Assembly: GCA_963786955.1 (NCBI GenBank)
Contig: CAWBAT010000003.1
Location: 128,001 to 192,000 of the forward strand
Direction: 5' to 3'
DNA from: an uncultured Acidimicrobiia bacterium
Lineage (GTDB): Bacteria > Acidobacteriota > Terriglobia > Versatilivoradales > Versatilivoraceae
DNA length: 64,000 bases
This document shows, piece after piece, positions 61,062-64,000 of the stretch. Numbering within the stretch: position 1 is the first letter of the stretch; the number at the start of each line of letters is the position of its first letter. The notes below the pieces were generated by a model. It was not told the DNA's origin, searched no databases, and was given only the letters and a program-made list of their open reading frames with translations. Both the position numbers and the translations under genes were made by a program.

Positions 61062-62435
61062 ATGTCAGAAAATCTTTTTACTTATTTGTTTTGTGCGCTC
61101 GTTCTAGCGGTTCCCTTGATCCTTTACCTGAAAAGCCTAAAGAACAGGGAACGGCGAGCGCAGGAGGCTGCAGAAAAGGGGAAGCTGTATTCCGAGGGGC
61201 CCAGAGCCCAGCATCCTCACATCGACACAACTTATTGCATTGGCTGTCAAAGTTGCACGATGGTGTGTCCGGAGGGGGATGTCCTCGCCATGTTAGGCGG
61301 CAAAGCGGTCATCGTAAACGGTTACAAATGTATCGGGCATAGCCTATGCGCCGAAGCCTGTCCAGTCGGCGCCATTACAATGGTGATGGCCGAACCGAGC
61401 ATGAGTGCCGACATGCCATTTATAACGCCTGAGTATGAGACGAGTGTCCAGAACCTGTTCATTGTTGGTGAGCTCGGCGGTCTAGCCTTAATCAAGAACG
61501 CCATTAACCAAGGGCGTGATTGCATTGATACGGTCACGAATCGAATCGCAACGATGGGGGCTTCAGAATTGGTCCCGGGTGTTTACGATGTATTGATCAT
61601 CGGGGCTGGTCCGGCAGGGATCAGCGCTTCGCTTCGTGCCATCGAGAGGAAACTCAATTACATCGCCATCGAGCGGGATGAGATCGGGGGCACGGTCGCG
61701 AAGTATCCCCGCCAGAAGCTGGTGATGACGAGCCCAGTTGAATTTCCTTTGTCTGGGAAATTCAGGAAGACGGAACTCTCTAAGGAAGACCTCCTATCGT
61801 TTTGGAACTCTGTTTTGCAACGAGTTGATTTCAATGTTCGTGCAAATGAAAACGTGGAGAATATTCAGAAGGGGGAGGACGGTATCTTCGTAATCTTAAC
61901 AAACAAGGGACAATACCGCTCTCGCGCCGTGGTCCTGGCGCTGGGAAGGACCGGAACTCCGCGGAAACTCGGAGTCAAAGGAGAGGAACTGCCCAAGGTC
62001 ATGTACCGTCTGATCGAGGCGGATCATTACATCAACAAGAAAATCCTCGTGGTCGGCGGAGGTGACAGCGCTATAGAGGCAGCCATGGGGCTTGGGCACC
62101 AAAGAGGGAACAAGGTAGTTCTTTCGTATCGAAAAGAATCTTTCAGCCGGATCAAAGACCGAAACGCCAAACGCCTCGCAGACTGTGTTCGTACCGGGAA
62201 AGTTCATGTGCTATTCAACTCACACCCCGTGGAGTTCACCGAAGATACGGTTGCTCTCGAAGTCAATGGCGAGCAGTTGGAGATTACTAACGATTTCGTT
62301 TGGATCTTTGCCGGAGGCACGCCTCCGAATGACTTCCTTAAGAAAATCGGTGTCGAATTTGGAGTGCGGGACATGACCTTGGAGGCAAGCAGCGAGGCTA
62401 AACAAGCCGCTCTCGCTAAGTACTCTGGTTCATGA
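61062..62435 (+). CDS. Membrane-anchored ferredoxin-domain / FAD-NAD(P) oxidoreductase (TrxR/YpdA-like fold)
   Basis: N-terminal TM, CIGCQSCTMVCP, CIGHSLCAEACP, IIGAGPAG, VVGGGDSA. Confidence 0.85.
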   Translation: MSENLFTYLFCALVLAVPLILYLKSLKNRERRAQEAAEKGKLYSEGPRAQHPHIDTTYCIGCQSCTMVCPEGDVLAMLGGKAVIVNGYKCIGHSLCAEACPVGAITMVMAEPSMSADMPFITPEYETSVQNLFIVGELGGLALIKNAINQGRDCIDTVTNRIATMGASELVPGVYDVLIIGAGPAGISASLRAIERKLNYIAIERDEIGGTVAKYPRQKLVMTSPVEFPLSGKFRKTELSKEDLLSFWNSVLQRVDFNVRANENVENIQKGEDGIFVILTNKGQYRSRAVVLALGRTGTPRKLGVKGEELPKVMYRLIEADHYINKKILVVGGGDSAIEAAMGLGHQRGNKVVLSYRKESFSRIKDRNAKRLADCVRTGKVHVLFNSHPVEFTEDTVALEVNGEQLEITNDFVWIFAGGTPPNDFLKKIGVEFGVRDMTLEASSEAKQAALAKYSGS

Positions 62436-62617
62436 CTGCATTCGTGTATTTTTAACCAGAGTGCTTAGTTTGTTGCCTGCCTCAATTTCCGGCATGAGGA
62501 TGGCGGATTCTGAGGGGCCAATTTGGGTGGGAAAATGAGATGCGAATCAGATTGGAGATTCGCTTGCTCTTAACCGACAAATAGATTATTGATGCTCGGT
62601 CGATCAAAAGCGGATTG

Positions 62618-64000
62618 ATGAAACGATTGGCACTTCGCCCCATTCTCTTGAGTTCATTATTTCTGTTGCTCGCGACGCCAGTTCGCTCGGCCTTCGCGCA
62701 GGTCTCACCGGGACCTCTTTCCAAAGCCCATAGTTCCTTGAACGGCCTCACGTAACTGCACTTCCTGCCACAGCTTTGGTGGAGGGGCGGGTAAGTTCAA
62801 ATGCGTTGAGTGCCACAAAGAGATTCTTCAACGAGTTCAAGAAAATAAGGGATATCACGCGCGAGTCGTCGATAGGAGTAAGGGGGGCCAGGATTGCATT
62901 CGCTGCCACGCCGAGCATTTAGGAGAAGACTTTGCCATAGTTCATTGGGAGCCGAGCCGCGAAAACTTTGACCACCGACAGACTGCTTACCCGCTCCTGG
63001 GAAAGCACGCCACTCTCGAATGTAGCCGCTGTCATAATCCTTCTCACATCGGTGCCGCCGAGTTGCGCGTTTTGCAGGGGAAAGATCTGAAGAAGACTTT
63101 TCTCGGGTTATCACAACAGTGCGTCGCTTGTCATAAAGATGTGCACAACGGCCAATTGGGTGAGAATTGCACTTCCTGTCATACCTTCCAGTCCTGGAAG
63201 GAGAAAGGAGGGTTCGATCATCAGCGGACTTCGTTTCCGTTGACCGGGCTGCACCAGCAAGTTCCCTGTCAGAAATGTCATCTCCTGCCCGAGAACGGCA
63301 CAGCTGTGGCGAAATACAAGGGAATAGCCTTTAGCCGCTGCACAGACTGTCACCGCGACCCCCACCAAGGTGCGTTTCAAGCGGCCTGCCATACCTGCCA
63401 TACGACAGGAGGGTGGAAACAAGTCAAGAAACTTTCCGGTTTTGACCATCAATTAACGAAGTTTCCATTGAAGGGGATGCATGCGGAGGTGGTCTGCGCA
63501 AAATGTCATCCAACCAGTAATTTCAAGCAGCCACTGCCTCATGCGCTGTGTGTGGATTGCCATAAAGTAGATCCTCACAACGGACAATTTGCGAAATCGC
63601 ACGGATCATGGCGAATGTGGAAGTTGTCATGTGGAAAAGGGATTTAAACCAGCGACATTCGCCTTGGAACATCATCAGAAAACGAGCTATCCACTGACGG
63701 GAAAACACGAAGCGGTCGTCTGCGCTAAATGCCATATTCCTAATGGAGCCAAGACGCTTTATCGTCTCAAGTACGAAGCCTGTCTGGACTGTCATAAGGA
63801 TGTCCATGACGGCCAATTTGCCGGCTCTGGATTACGGAACCGCTGTCAATCCTGCCATACGGTACAAGGGTTTCAACCCAGCACTTTTACACTTGCCCGG
63901 CATAGTGAGACTCGCTTCCGACTGACGGATGGTCATATCGCTGTGCCTTGTCTGGAGTGTCACAAGAGGCCGGCAAACCGTTATCCGCTGCCCCCGGCAC
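62618..64000 (+). CDS. Large multiheme cytochrome c (at least 16 CxxCH; frameshifts near 62753 and 63600; 3' truncated)
   Basis: Signal peptide then QVSPGPLSKAH; CTSCH, CVECH, CIRCH, CSRCH, CVACH, CTSCH, CQKCH, CTDCH, CHTCH, CAKCH, CVDCH, CGSCH, CAKCH, CLDCH, CQSCH, CLECH. Confidence 0.9.

Overview
Bacterial genomic window (roughly 50-55% GC; gene content such as DUF1549/DUF1553+DUF1501, multiheme cytochromes and TPR proteins fits an Acidobacteriota/PVC-like organism, which is inference). About a dozen otherwise intact genes carry single-base frameshifts, most likely long-read assembly indels. Main blocks: (1) acyl-CoA dehydrogenase / signal-less PhnD-like / MetE-like operon; (2) OsmC divergent from an ECF sigma + soluble zinc anti-sigma, both with a shared GAATC-N15-GAATC motif, then galT; (3) a ~16 kb redox cluster in two modules, each preceded by a textbook sigma-54 promoter: etfB-etfA-membrane FeS/CCG protein-HdrD-like-hdrA, then hdrC-hdrB-hdrA-CoA-binding protein-mvhD-mvhG-mvhA-protease; (4) TPP enzyme, Ldh_2 dehydrogenase, cyclase and a sugar-type ABC transporter; (5) secreted proteins including a stand-alone Cyc2-like mini cytochrome and an 11-mer repeat LEA-like protein; (6) a DUF1553-DUF1501 pair interrupted by a four-helix-bundle gene bracketed by inverted heptamer tandem arrays; (7) nucleoside deaminase, an atypical A-T-TE(Cys) NRPS and a xanthine-to-allantoate catabolic operon; (8) ankyrin protein, AviRa-like rRNA methyltransferase and GH78; (9) a circularly permuted ferredoxin-flavoprotein followed by a cytochrome c with at least 16 hemes that runs off the window. 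Several GTAG-hairpin REP-like elements sit between genes. No rRNA, tRNA, CRISPR array or transposase was seen.
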